A stretch of 64,000 nucleotides of DNA from Deltaproteobacteria bacterium SG8_13. GTDB lineage: Bacteria; Desulfobacterota; Desulfobacteria; Desulfobacterales; SG8-13. The first letter of the stretch is position 1; every line of letters starts with the position of its first letter. Under the pieces are notes generated by a model, which made no database searches, was not told the origin of the DNA, and saw only the letters and a list, made by a program, of their open reading frames with translations. A program made the position numbers and the translations under genes. Location: NCBI GenBank assembly GCA_001303025.1, contig LJNK01000014.1, positions 2,998 through 66,997 on the forward strand, read 5' to 3'. This document shows, one piece after another, positions 31,139-40,376 of this stretch.

Positions 31139-32490
31139 CCGATCCTCAAGTTGCAATGCTGATGATGGGGTCCTTTATTTTCTGTATTCTCCTGGGTTTT
31201 CCCATCTGCTTCACGCTGATCGCCATGGGTACGGGTTTTGGCTATTATGCATACGCCACGTCCGACCAGCTCAGCCACATTTTTCTAAACAACATCTTCG
31301 ACCTGCTGGTCAACCAGACCTACTCTGTCATGATCAACGACGTTCTGGTGGCGGTGCCGCTGTTTCTGTTCATGGGCTATATCGTCGAGCGCGCCAATAT
31401 CGTCGAGCGGCTGTTTTACAGTCTGAACATCGCCGCCCGCATGGTGCCCGGCGCTATGGCCGTCGCGGCGTTGATGACCTGTGCGATCTTTGCCACGGCG
31501 GTGGGCATTGTCGGTGCCGTGGTGACCCTGATGGGGTTGCTGGCCTTCCCGGCCCTGCTGAAAGCGGGCTATGACGAGAAGTTGTCCGCCGGTGTCGTCT
31601 GCGCCGGAGGGTGCCTCGGTATTCTGATCCCGCCGAGCATCATGCTGATCGTCTACGGAGCGGTGTCCGGCGTTTCCGTGGTCAGGCTTTATGCCGGGGC
31701 GTTGATCCCCGGGTTCGTGCTGGCCGGCCTCTATATCATCTACGTGATCGGGCGAGCCTACCTGAACCCCAAATTGGCACCGAAGCCGCCCAAAGAGCAG
31801 TGGGATATTCCGAAAAAAGAGCTGTTCTTGATGCTGTTGACCTCCTTCGTTCCGCTGGCCGTCCTGATTCTGGCCGTGCTGGGGGCCATTTTGTTCGGGC
31901 TGGCAACACCGTCGGAGGCGGCCTCTGTGGGCGCGTTCGGCAGCCTGGCCCTGGCTGCGGCCTATCGCGAGCTGACCTGGGACCGCCTGAAGCAATCGGT
32001 CTACCTGACGGTGCGCACATCGGCCATGGTGTGCTGGCTGTTCGTCGGCTCCTGGACGTTCTCGTCGGTGTTTTCGTACCTCGGCGGCCACATGGTAATC
32101 GAGGAGTTTGTGATCGGCCTCAACCTCTCCCCCATCTTCTTTCTGATCCTGGCCCAGATCATCATCTTCCTTCTGGGATGGCCGCTGGAGTGGAGCGAGA
32201 TCATCATCATATTCGTGCCGATCTTTCTGCCGCTGCTGGACGCCTTTAACATCGATCCGCTCTTTTTTGGGATCCTGGTGGCGCTCAATTTGCAGACCTC
32301 TTTTCTGACGCCGCCGATGGCGATGTCGTGCTACTACCTCAAGGGGATTGCGCCGCCGCATATTCAGCTCACGACGATCTTCAAGGGGGCGTTGCCGTTT
32401 TTAGCAATGGTGCTGATTGCCATGGTCATTTTGTATAACTTCCCGGTGATCACGACCTGGCTGCCCGGCTTAGTGTACGGCTCCCACTAA
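31135..32490 (+). CDS. dctM: TRAP large permease DctM
   Basis: ATGA overlap with dctQ; AVPLFLFMG, LIPPSIMLI, SFLTPP. Confidence 0.92.
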   Translation: MTDPQVAMLMMGSFIFCILLGFPICFTLIAMGTGFGYYAYATSDQLSHIFLNNIFDLLVNQTYSVMINDVLVAVPLFLFMGYIVERANIVERLFYSLNIAARMVPGAMAVAALMTCAIFATAVGIVGAVVTLMGLLAFPALLKAGYDEKLSAGVVCAGGCLGILIPPSIMLIVYGAVSGVSVVRLYAGALIPGFVLAGLYIIYVIGRAYLNPKLAPKPPKEQWDIPKKELFLMLLTSFVPLAVLILAVLGAILFGLATPSEAASVGAFGSLALAAAYRELTWDRLKQSVYLTVRTSAMVCWLFVGSWTFSSVFSYLGGHMVIEEFVIGLNLSPIFFLILAQIIIFLLGWPLEWSEIIIIFVPIFLPLLDAFNIDPLFFGILVALNLQTSFLTPPMAMSCYYLKGIAPPHIQLTTIFKGALPFLAMVLIAMVILYNFPVITTWLPGLVYGSH

Positions 32491-32530
32491 CGGGGGCAAA
32501 GGCCTCTTTGCGGCCTGCCTGGAGCAAGAT

Positions 32531-33856
32531 ATGCAGTTACACCTGATGAGTGCCACTGAAGCGGCAGCGGCGATGCGCGCCGGCGAGATTACATCCGCAG
32601 AGCTGGTGCGCGCTTGCCTCGATCACATCGCAGCGCTTGAGGAACAAGTCGGCGCCTGGGAATTTTTAGACCCCGAGCATGCCCTCAAACAGGCGAGTGA
32701 AGCAGACAAGGCCATGCGGGAGGGCAGGGGCTTGGGGCCGCTGAACGGCATCCCGGTGGGCGTAAAAGATATCTTCGACACCAGGGACATGCCCACCGAG
32801 GATGGTACGGTTTTGCACGCCGGTCGCCAGCCGGCCGAGGATGCCACCGCCGTCTCGCGGCTGCGTGCGGCCGGTGCGGTCGTTCTGGGCAAAACCGTCA
32901 CCACCGAGCTGGCAGTCTACTCACCGGGCAAGACCCGCAATCCGCACGATCTGCAGTGCACTCCCGGCGGCTCTTCGAGCGGTTCTGCCGCTGCCGTTGC
33001 GGCGGCTATGGTGCCCCTGGCCCTTGGCACCCAGACCAACGGGTCGGTAATCCGTCCGGCCTCTTACTGCGGGGTCTATGGATACAAGCCGACCTACGGT
33101 CTGATCCCCCGGCATCGTGTGCTGCAGCAGTCGCGACCGTTGGATCAGATCGGTGTGTTTGCCCGCACTATCGAGGACGCGGCCTTGATTGCCGAACAGA
33201 TCATGGCATACGACGACCGTGATCCCGACACGGTTCTGCGGGCACGGCCGGCCCTGGTTGAGATGCTGGCCGAGGAGCCTCCGGTCCAGCCGCGCCTGGC
33301 TTTTGTCAAATCGCCGGTGTGGGATCAGGCAGAAACAGATACGAAAGAAGCCTTTGCGGAGTTGGTTGCGCATCTGGGCGAAAACATTGTCGAGGTCGAA
33401 CTGCCGGAAATATTCACTGACGCCGTCGAACAGCACCGCAGGATCATGGAGGCAGACCTCGCCAGAAGTTTCGCGCGCGAATATGCGCGCGGCAAAGACA
33501 AGCTGAGCTCCATTTTGCGGGAAATGATCGAACGCGGGCAGAAGGTTCTGGCCGTAGATTACAACAGTGCGGTGAGCCGAATACCGATTTTCAACCGTGC
33601 GCTGGACAAATTGTTTGAATGGCATGACGCCATTTTAACCCCCGCCACTACCGGCGAGGCCCCCGTCGGCCTGGAATCGACGGGAAGCCCGATTTTTTGT
33701 ACCCTGTGGACCCTGTGCGGTATGCCCGCGATCACCCTTCCGATCCTGCAGGGCGCGCGCGGCATGCCGCTGGGGGTGCAACTGGTGGGACCCAGATTTG
33801 ACGACGCGCGACTGCTGCAAACCGCGCGCTGGCTTCAGCATGTCGCCGCTCGATAA
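32531..33856 (+). CDS. Amidase (amidase-signature family)
   Basis: GVKD, GKTVTTE, TPGGSSSGSAAAVAA, GTQTNGSVIRPASYCG. Confidence 0.93.
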   Translation: MQLHLMSATEAAAAMRAGEITSAELVRACLDHIAALEEQVGAWEFLDPEHALKQASEADKAMREGRGLGPLNGIPVGVKDIFDTRDMPTEDGTVLHAGRQPAEDATAVSRLRAAGAVVLGKTVTTELAVYSPGKTRNPHDLQCTPGGSSSGSAAAVAAAMVPLALGTQTNGSVIRPASYCGVYGYKPTYGLIPRHRVLQQSRPLDQIGVFARTIEDAALIAEQIMAYDDRDPDTVLRARPALVEMLAEEPPVQPRLAFVKSPVWDQAETDTKEAFAELVAHLGENIVEVELPEIFTDAVEQHRRIMEADLARSFAREYARGKDKLSSILREMIERGQKVLAVDYNSAVSRIPIFNRALDKLFEWHDAILTPATTGEAPVGLESTGSPIFCTLWTLCGMPAITLPILQGARGMPLGVQLVGPRFDDARLLQTARWLQHVAAR

Positions 33857-33915
33857 CATTTTTTGCGGCAGTAGAAGCGGCTGGGAAAAAATATTGAAAG
33901 GAGTTTGGTGACGGT

Positions 33916-34089
33916 ATGAGCAACATAATCACTGGATCGATCGCAGTATTGATGGCCACGGTGTTCTTGCTTTTTTACGCCATACGGCTGCAATCTGTTG
34001 TGCTTTGGATCATTATCGTCGGAAACCTTGTACTGCTGGTATACGACCTTTACAAGGGGATTAAAGAAGGCGAGGATCCAATTTATTAA
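33916..34089 (+). CDS. 57-aa small two-helix membrane protein (not in the ORF track)
   Basis: MSNIITGSIAVLMATVFLLFYAIRLQSVVLWIIIVGNLVLLVYDLYKGIKEGEDPIY; AGGAG upstream; fits between the amidase and dehydrogenase genes on the same strand. Confidence 0.7.
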   Translation: MSNIITGSIAVLMATVFLLFYAIRLQSVVLWIIIVGNLVLLVYDLYKGIKEGEDPIY

Positions 34090-34128
34090 GGCGGAAACAG
34101 GTCGCACATTTTCCCGGAGAATAAAACC

Positions 34129-35088
34129 ATGAAGCCCGTCGTTCTCGTTACCCGCAAACTGCCGGATGCCGTAGAAGACCGTCTCAGGCGGGAATACGAA
34201 CCGATTTTAAATCCTGACGACACACTGTACACCAGCGATCAGATCATCGAGCGTGCCAAGGGCGCCGATGCCATTTTGCCCTGTCACACAGAGAAGTTTA
34301 CCGCCGAAGTGATTGCCCGATTGCCGGAAAGCGTGCGGGTCATTGCGAACTATTCCGTCGGCTACGACCACGTGGACACCGAAGCGGCCACAGCCAGGGG
34401 GTTGATTGTCACCAACACGCCCGAAGTGCTGTCCGACGCCACGGCCGAATTGACCATCATGCTGATGCTGGGTGCAGCGCGGCGTGCCAGCGAAGGCGAG
34501 CAACTGGTCCGCTCCCGGCAGTGGAAGGATTGGAGCCCCAGTTTTATGGTGGGTACCCAGATGACGGGCAAGCGGCTGGGTATCATCGGATTCGGCCGTG
34601 TCGGGCGGGTGGTTGCCAGGCGAGCCCGCGGATTCGACATGCAGATCCACTACCACAACCGCAAACGCGTGCCGACCGAGTTCGAGGAGGGTGCCGTATA
34701 TCACGAAACCTGCGAGCAGCTGATGCCCCACTGTGATTTTCTGACGATCCACTGCGTGGCGTCGCCGGAGACCACCAAGCTGCTGAACGCCGAGCGCATC
34801 GCCCTGCTGCCGGATGGCGCCATCGTCGTCAATGCCGCCCGCGGTGTCGTGATCGACGACGAAGCCCTGATTGCGGCTCTGAAATCGGGCAAGCTGGCTG
34901 CCGCGGGTCTGGACGTTTACAATGACGAGCCCGACATCCATCCGCAATACCGCAAGTTGCCCAACGTCTTTTTGATGCCGCATATCGGCAGCGCCACGAA
35001 GGAAACGAGAGATGCCATGGGCTTCCGGGCGCTCGATAACCTGGATGCGTTTTTTGCAGGGCGCGAACCCCGCGACCGCGTGGCCTGA
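34129..35088 (+). CDS. D-2-hydroxyacid dehydrogenase (glyoxylate/hydroxypyruvate reductase-like)
   Basis: SVGYDHVD, NTPEVL, GIIGFGRVG, NAARG, GLDVY, PHIGSAT. Confidence 0.9.
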   Translation: MKPVVLVTRKLPDAVEDRLRREYEPILNPDDTLYTSDQIIERAKGADAILPCHTEKFTAEVIARLPESVRVIANYSVGYDHVDTEAATARGLIVTNTPEVLSDATAELTIMLMLGAARRASEGEQLVRSRQWKDWSPSFMVGTQMTGKRLGIIGFGRVGRVVARRARGFDMQIHYHNRKRVPTEFEEGAVYHETCEQLMPHCDFLTIHCVASPETTKLLNAERIALLPDGAIVVNAARGVVIDDEALIAALKSGKLAAAGLDVYNDEPDIHPQYRKLPNVFLMPHIGSATKETRDAMGFRALDNLDAFFAGREPRDRVA

Positions 35089-35162
35089 AGCTGCCTTTTT
35101 TTCGTTTCGCGCTTTTCACGAATATCGCGGGCAGTCCGCCAGAAGATGCCCCCCACCGATCA

Positions 35163-37388
35163 TCATTGACCGCCCGCAGGATTTTTTTCTAACATCGTGC
35201 TGCGGACGCCATTTCGATAAAACGATCGCGCTATCAACTGTCCGTCTGCGCTCCATTCCATCGCTACGCCGTGGGGCACCCCGTTGGAATAGTCGACATA
35301 GCGTTTTAGCTCTCCACTTTCATACCACTGCGTCCAGGCCCCTTCAGGAATGTACCGTCCTTCGGCGTTGGGCTGCACCTGTGTGATGCTGTGCGGCATC
35401 CCGGACCGGTATCTTTTGAGGGAGATTTTCGGGGGATGAATCGTTTGGATTTCCGGCCCGAGTCGTTTCCGCACTAAAGAAAGCAGCGCTTCGGTCTCAT
35501 CGTTCTGGGGATTCAACCGCTGGGCCTCCAGCAGGTTCGAATATGCCGCCGCAAATCGATTCCGCTGGGCCATGATACGACCCAGCAGTTGATGTGGCAG
35601 GTCCCGGTGGCTTTCCGACCAAAAAACACTGGCAAACAGGATGTGGGAAGCGGCTGTCTCGAGTTCCCGCCGCCGGTTTTTCAGAATCTGCAACCCGAGC
35701 TGGAAGTGCACGTCCGGGTTGTCCGGTTTGGCATTCAGGGCGATTCGGAAATACTTTTTTTCCTGTTCGACATCGCCCTGCTGGGCATAATAGATGGCCA
35801 GAATATTCGCCGACTCAACGATGACGGCCGGATTATTGCTTCCGGAAGCGATTGCCTGGTGGGCGAGCCGGCTGGCATCCTCGAACTTGCCGGCCCAAGC
35901 CAGCACTTTGGCCAGGTTCGACATTGCCTTCGATCGCAGCTCGACGTCCACCCGACCCTCGACTTGCGATGCGACGGCAGCGATCGCTTCGTCGTTCCAG
36001 GTGGGGGCGGGATGCACGATACCGCGCGCGATCATTGTCTCCACCAGCTGCAGGGCCAGTATGCGGTTGCCTTCGATCGTCGGGTGAACGTGGTCAAGGA
36101 AGTACTCCTCGCCAAGAATGGGATGGCCTTTTTCGGCCCGGAGGCGCTGTTCGAGATGATCGATAAAGTCAACCAGCGCGGCGTCTGATTGCTGTGCGAC
36201 CTCCGCAAGGGTTGCGCGCATCGGTGACAAGGCGCGCAAGGGACACACGTCCTCATCCCGGGCCCTTACAAAGGCTGCCTTAGCCTCCGGGTAGCGGCCC
36301 AGCTCGAACAGGCCCTTTCCGCGACGGTAATGGATTTCTGCGTAGCGAGGATCGACGGTGACCGCTCGGTCTAAGATGTCCAGGGCTTCGGATGTTTTGT
36401 CTTCCCGCATCCGTGCCAGTGCATCTGACAGCATCTGGTTTACGCGGGATTGATCCGCTTGGCTCAGCCCTTCCGTGTGTTCGCTTTTAAACGGAGAGCT
36501 GTCTTTGAGATTCGAGGCCGGCGTGACGAAGATGATATCCGCACCTGCCGATCGTGCGATCTCGACCATGCGCTCGAGGCTGATCTGGTAGTGAAGCAGA
36601 ACTTGATCGCGCAGCGGATCGTTGCGCTGATAGATGTCGGGCCCAAACCGCCGGAGCATGGTGTCCGCCTCTGCGCTGAGCTGGGCGCGCTCTTTCGGGT
36701 CCATACGCGAGGATGCGCCCATTCGGGCCAGCAGGTTTTTCATCGCTGCCCATGTTCGAGTGCGGGCGAGCACCGCCGCCGTCGATTTGACTGGAGCCGG
36801 AATGTCCCGCAGTGCGCCGTAACTTCGCTCTTCCAGAAACTCGTTGTGCCCCGAGTATACGATAAACAGGTCCGGCTGATACCGGACCAGCTCCTCCATC
36901 AAATGAGCCACACGGTAGCTGGCATAGCTGATGCCGCCGGCATTGATGACCTCCCAGCGGAGTCGCGGGTCGGCGACGGGCAGCAGTTCCCGCAGCCAGC
37001 CGCTAAAAGAGGTTGTGTCTTCGTAAGGGCGCCCATAAGTGGTCGATCCGCCCACGCAGAAGATGCGGTAGGTAGCGGGCTGCTTATCCATGGAAAACTG
37101 TTGGCGGTTGAACAGGTTCTTGTTCTCGCTGGTTACCAGGATCTGCCGGCCGTCAGGCCCCGTATTTTTGACGAACAGGGGGACATTGGCAGCGAATCCC
37201 ACGAAGGGGTCTTCCCGGCGCAGTGTCGGCTGCACGCCAGCTAGGGCCAGCAGCGCCTCCAGCAGTCCAAAAAACAGGCCGACTGCCGCAGCCGACAAGA
37301 CGATCCCTTTCCACAAGGGAAGTGCGCGCGGCGCCGGCTGTTTTCCAGCCGCAGTTTTTTCGGTCGGTGTCTTCGATGGCATATCCAT
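35163..37388 (-). CDS. Membrane-anchored SGNH/GDSL-like hydrolase with TPR repeats and C-terminal MORN-variant repeats
   Basis: N-terminal TM; GGSTT, NAGG, GHNE, DHVHP blocks; TPR helices; C-terminal GAWTQWYESGELKRYVDYSNGVPHG; RBS CAGGAG. Confidence 0.8.
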   Translation of the reverse strand: MDMPSKTPTEKTAAGKQPAPRALPLWKGIVLSAAAVGLFFGLLEALLALAGVQPTLRREDPFVGFAANVPLFVKNTGPDGRQILVTSENKNLFNRQQFSMDKQPATYRIFCVGGSTTYGRPYEDTTSFSGWLRELLPVADPRLRWEVINAGGISYASYRVAHLMEELVRYQPDLFIVYSGHNEFLEERSYGALRDIPAPVKSTAAVLARTRTWAAMKNLLARMGASSRMDPKERAQLSAEADTMLRRFGPDIYQRNDPLRDQVLLHYQISLERMVEIARSAGADIIFVTPASNLKDSSPFKSEHTEGLSQADQSRVNQMLSDALARMREDKTSEALDILDRAVTVDPRYAEIHYRRGKGLFELGRYPEAKAAFVRARDEDVCPLRALSPMRATLAEVAQQSDAALVDFIDHLEQRLRAEKGHPILGEEYFLDHVHPTIEGNRILALQLVETMIARGIVHPAPTWNDEAIAAVASQVEGRVDVELRSKAMSNLAKVLAWAGKFEDASRLAHQAIASGSNNPAVIVESANILAIYYAQQGDVEQEKKYFRIALNAKPDNPDVHFQLGLQILKNRRRELETAASHILFASVFWSESHRDLPHQLLGRIMAQRNRFAAAYSNLLEAQRLNPQNDETEALLSLVRKRLGPEIQTIHPPKISLKRYRSGMPHSITQVQPNAEGRYIPEGAWTQWYESGELKRYVDYSNGVPHGVAMEWSADGQLIARSFYRNGVRSTMLEKNPAGGQ

Positions 37389-37645
37389 TGGCTCCTGATG
37401 ACCGCGAATATAGGGGGGTTTGTCATTCGTGTCAATCAGCGGGATCCAGATCCACCATACGACCGGCGAGCTACCGCAGCCGGGACGGTTATCGATAAAG
37501 GGAAACGGTGAATGAACCCCGGACAAAACGGCTGATTCGATAAAGGTGAAAAAACCGGCGTCAGAAATTGAATCTATGCTGAAAGTGGTTATAGAGTTAA
37601 TTCAGGTATGAGAATCATTGCATCGGTTTTCCGGGGAACAACAGT

Positions 37646-39463
37646 ATGAACCTTCTTGGCATATCGGCATTTTATCACGACAGCGCTGCCTGCCTGCTCA
37701 CAGACGGCAAAATCGTTTCTGCCGCCCAGGAAGAGCGTTTTACGCGAAAAAAGCATGACGCTTCATTTCCGTCGAATGCAATCGCTTACTGCCTGGAGAG
37801 CGGCGGCATCAGCGGTTGCGATCTGGATCTGGTTGCTTTTTACGACAAGCCCTTTCTCAAATTTGAACGCATTTTAGAAACCTATTTATCGTATTCACCG
37901 TTCGGCATTCGATCGTTTCTGAAAGCCATACCCCTCTGGATCAAGAAAAAGCTCTGGATCAAAGACCTGATCAAAAGCGAAATTGATTATCCCGGCACGA
38001 TCCTCTTCCCCCAGCATCACGAATCTCACGCCGCCTCGGCTTTTTTCCCTTCACCTTTTCAGCAAGCCGCCTTTGTCACAATGGACGGCGTGGGAGAGTG
38101 GGCGACCACCAGTTTTGGGTTTGGGGAAAATAACCGGATTGAATTGATGGCAGACATCCGATTCCCGCATTCCCTGGGGCTGCTCTATTCTGCATTTACC
38201 TATTATGCCGGCTTCAAGGTAAATTCCGGCGAGTACAAGCTGATGGGCCTGGCTCCCTATGGCCAACCTGCCTACAAGGATTTGATTTACCGGCACCTGA
38301 TCGATGTGAAAGACGATGGTTCTTTCAAATTGAATATGGACTACTTTGATTACGGTGTCGGCCTGACCATGACGAGTTCAGCGTTTCACCGGCTTTTTGA
38401 TGGTCCACCCCGGAAACCGGAATCCAGGCTTACCCAAAAAGAAATGGACATCGCTGCATCCATCCAGAAAGTAACCGAAGAAATTGTACTCAAAATTGCA
38501 CGGCATGTAAAAAAAGAAACCGGAATGAAACATTTATGTCTGGCAGGCGGCGTTGCCTTGAACTGCGTTGCCAACGGGAAACTCCTGCGCGAGGAGCTCT
38601 TCGACGATATCTGGATTCAACCCGCTGCCGGTGACGCCGGCGGCGCTGTTGGGGCCGCGTTGTTGAGCTGGTATCAGTATCTGGGCAACGAGCGAAAGAC
38701 CGACGGGCGCACCGATTTTGTCAACGGCGCATATTTGGGTCCCGAATTCAGCGATGCAAGCATTGAGCATTTTCTGTCAAATAACGGATACCCGTTTTTA
38801 AAGATGGAAGATGCAGCACTGTTTGAAAAAGTGGCCGATTTAATCGCCGATGAAAAAGTGATCGGCTGGTTTCGCGGCCGAATGGAATTCGGCCCACGGG
38901 CCCTTGGCGCGCGCTCGATTATCGGTGATGCCCGCTCCCCGGTAATGCAGGAAAAAATGAACCGCAAAATAAAATTTCGGGAAAGCTTCCGGCCGTTTGC
39001 CCCCTCGGTCATGAAAGAGTACGTCTCGGATTATTTTGACATCGATCGCGAGAGCCCTTACATGCTGCTGGTTGCAAAGGTCAAAGAAGACAAGCGGGTA
39101 AAGGTGACCGACCTGCAAAAAGGTCCTTTCGGACTTGAAAGGCTCAATGTTGTGCGATCCGTGCTGCCCGCCATCACGCATGTAGATTATTCGGCTAGAA
39201 TTCAATCCGTCGATGAAAAAACAAATCCCGCCTATCACCAGCTGATTTCCACATTTCATGAAAGACACGGCTGCCCGGTTATTGTCAATACATCTTTCAA
39301 CGTGCGCGGGGAGCCGATTGTCTGCAGCCCTGAAGATGCCTATCTGTGTTTCATGCGTACGGATATGGATTATCTGGTTATGGGCAATTATTTATTGGAC
39401 AAAACAAGACAAAAACCGTTAGGGTCCGATGTGAATTGGCGCAGCACGTTTGAATTGGATTGA
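37646..39463 (+). CDS. Carbamoyltransferase (NodU/CmcH/SxtI family)
   Basis: HDSAA, QEERFTRKKH, HHESHAASAF, GEYKLMGLAPYG, EFGPRALGARS, FRPFAPS, NTSFNVRGEPIV. Confidence 0.93.
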   Translation: MNLLGISAFYHDSAACLLTDGKIVSAAQEERFTRKKHDASFPSNAIAYCLESGGISGCDLDLVAFYDKPFLKFERILETYLSYSPFGIRSFLKAIPLWIKKKLWIKDLIKSEIDYPGTILFPQHHESHAASAFFPSPFQQAAFVTMDGVGEWATTSFGFGENNRIELMADIRFPHSLGLLYSAFTYYAGFKVNSGEYKLMGLAPYGQPAYKDLIYRHLIDVKDDGSFKLNMDYFDYGVGLTMTSSAFHRLFDGPPRKPESRLTQKEMDIAASIQKVTEEIVLKIARHVKKETGMKHLCLAGGVALNCVANGKLLREELFDDIWIQPAAGDAGGAVGAALLSWYQYLGNERKTDGRTDFVNGAYLGPEFSDASIEHFLSNNGYPFLKMEDAALFEKVADLIADEKVIGWFRGRMEFGPRALGARSIIGDARSPVMQEKMNRKIKFRESFRPFAPSVMKEYVSDYFDIDRESPYMLLVAKVKEDKRVKVTDLQKGPFGLERLNVVRSVLPAITHVDYSARIQSVDEKTNPAYHQLISTFHERHGCPVIVNTSFNVRGEPIVCSPEDAYLCFMRTDMDYLVMGNYLLDKTRQKPLGSDVNWRSTFELD

Positions 39464-39466
39464 CCG

Positions 39467-39880
39467 GTGCTAGAGGAATTAAAAAACATCCAGGACTCCA
39501 GGAAAAACCTGCGGAATTTCGGGCTGTCCGTCGGATCGGTCTGCATGGCAGTCGGCGGCTTTCTTTTCTGGAAAGAGATGGGTGCATACCCTTACTTGCT
39601 TGCCATCGGCCTGATGCTGGCATGTTGCGGCAGCATATGGCCGCTTATCCTTAAGCCCGTATATCTGGCTTGGATGGGGCTTGCCGTTGTCCTTGGCTCG
39701 ATTATGACCCGGCTGATTCTGGGTCTGCTTTTTTATCTGATCATAACGCCGATTGCCCTGGTTTCGAAACTAACAGGCAACCGCTTCATCGATTTGCGGT
39801 GGGGTTTCAGGCAACCCACCTACTGGAACGATCTCAAATCGAAGCGGCCGACGCGCGAAAGGTACGAAAAGCAATTCTAA
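39467..39880 (+). CDS. SxtJ family membrane protein
   Basis: LRNFGL...YLAWMGLAVVLG...ITPIALV...YW...ERYEKQF pattern; follows the carbamoyltransferase. Confidence 0.82.
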   Translation: MLEELKNIQDSRKNLRNFGLSVGSVCMAVGGFLFWKEMGAYPYLLAIGLMLACCGSIWPLILKPVYLAWMGLAVVLGSIMTRLILGLLFYLIITPIALVSKLTGNRFIDLRWGFRQPTYWNDLKSKRPTRERYEKQF

Positions 39881-40039
39881 ATGTCCAAACTCGCAATTAT
39901 TGTCGAATTCTGGGATTTTTTGAAACATCGAAAAAAATGGTGGCTGGCGCCCATCATTTTGGTGTTACTCATCTTTGGCGCTCTGATCATTCTGACAGAA
40001 GGATCGGCCATCGCCCCGTTTATTTATACACTGTTTTAG
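39881..40039 (+). CDS. DUF5989 / SxtK-like small membrane protein (52 aa, not in the ORF track)
   Basis: MSKLAIIVEFWDFLKHRKKWWLAPIILVLLIFGALIILTEGSAIAPFIYTLF, with the characteristic RKKWWLAP...APFIYTLF motif. Confidence 0.88.
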   Translation: MSKLAIIVEFWDFLKHRKKWWLAPIILVLLIFGALIILTEGSAIAPFIYTLF

Positions 40040-40376
40040 CGAGCGAACCCTCCGCAGCGTGAAGCGGCGGGCGGAGCCAAATGGCTCCCGCAACATGCTT
40101 GAGGGTCGAATTTGTTTTTCCGGCGACCCATCGGGTCGGTGATCCCGAAAGACGATTCGGCAGTCATAACGTGGCGAACCGACAAATGGGGAAGCGGATT
40201 TACCGCATATAAAATGCGTCGCAGCTCTCTTCGAGCAAGGGGCTGCACGCAACGGCCATTTCGTGCCATTGCAGGTTATGGCAGCCCACCATTCGCCAGC
40301 TGGCCGTTGGCCTGCGCACAGACCCGTCAGAGGAAAGCGCCTTTCCGAACATCGATTGCGACAGTGGGGTGTGACA

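Noticed and set aside
33835-34107. 90-aa minus-strand ORF between the amidase and the dehydrogenase
   Set aside because: The plus-strand 57-aa ORF has an RBS, matching orientation and membrane-protein character
37646-40039. Saxitoxin biosynthesis cluster
   Set aside because: Only sxtI/J/K-like genes are present; there is no sxtA-like PKS, amidinotransferase or other core gene, and this trio is known outside toxin producers
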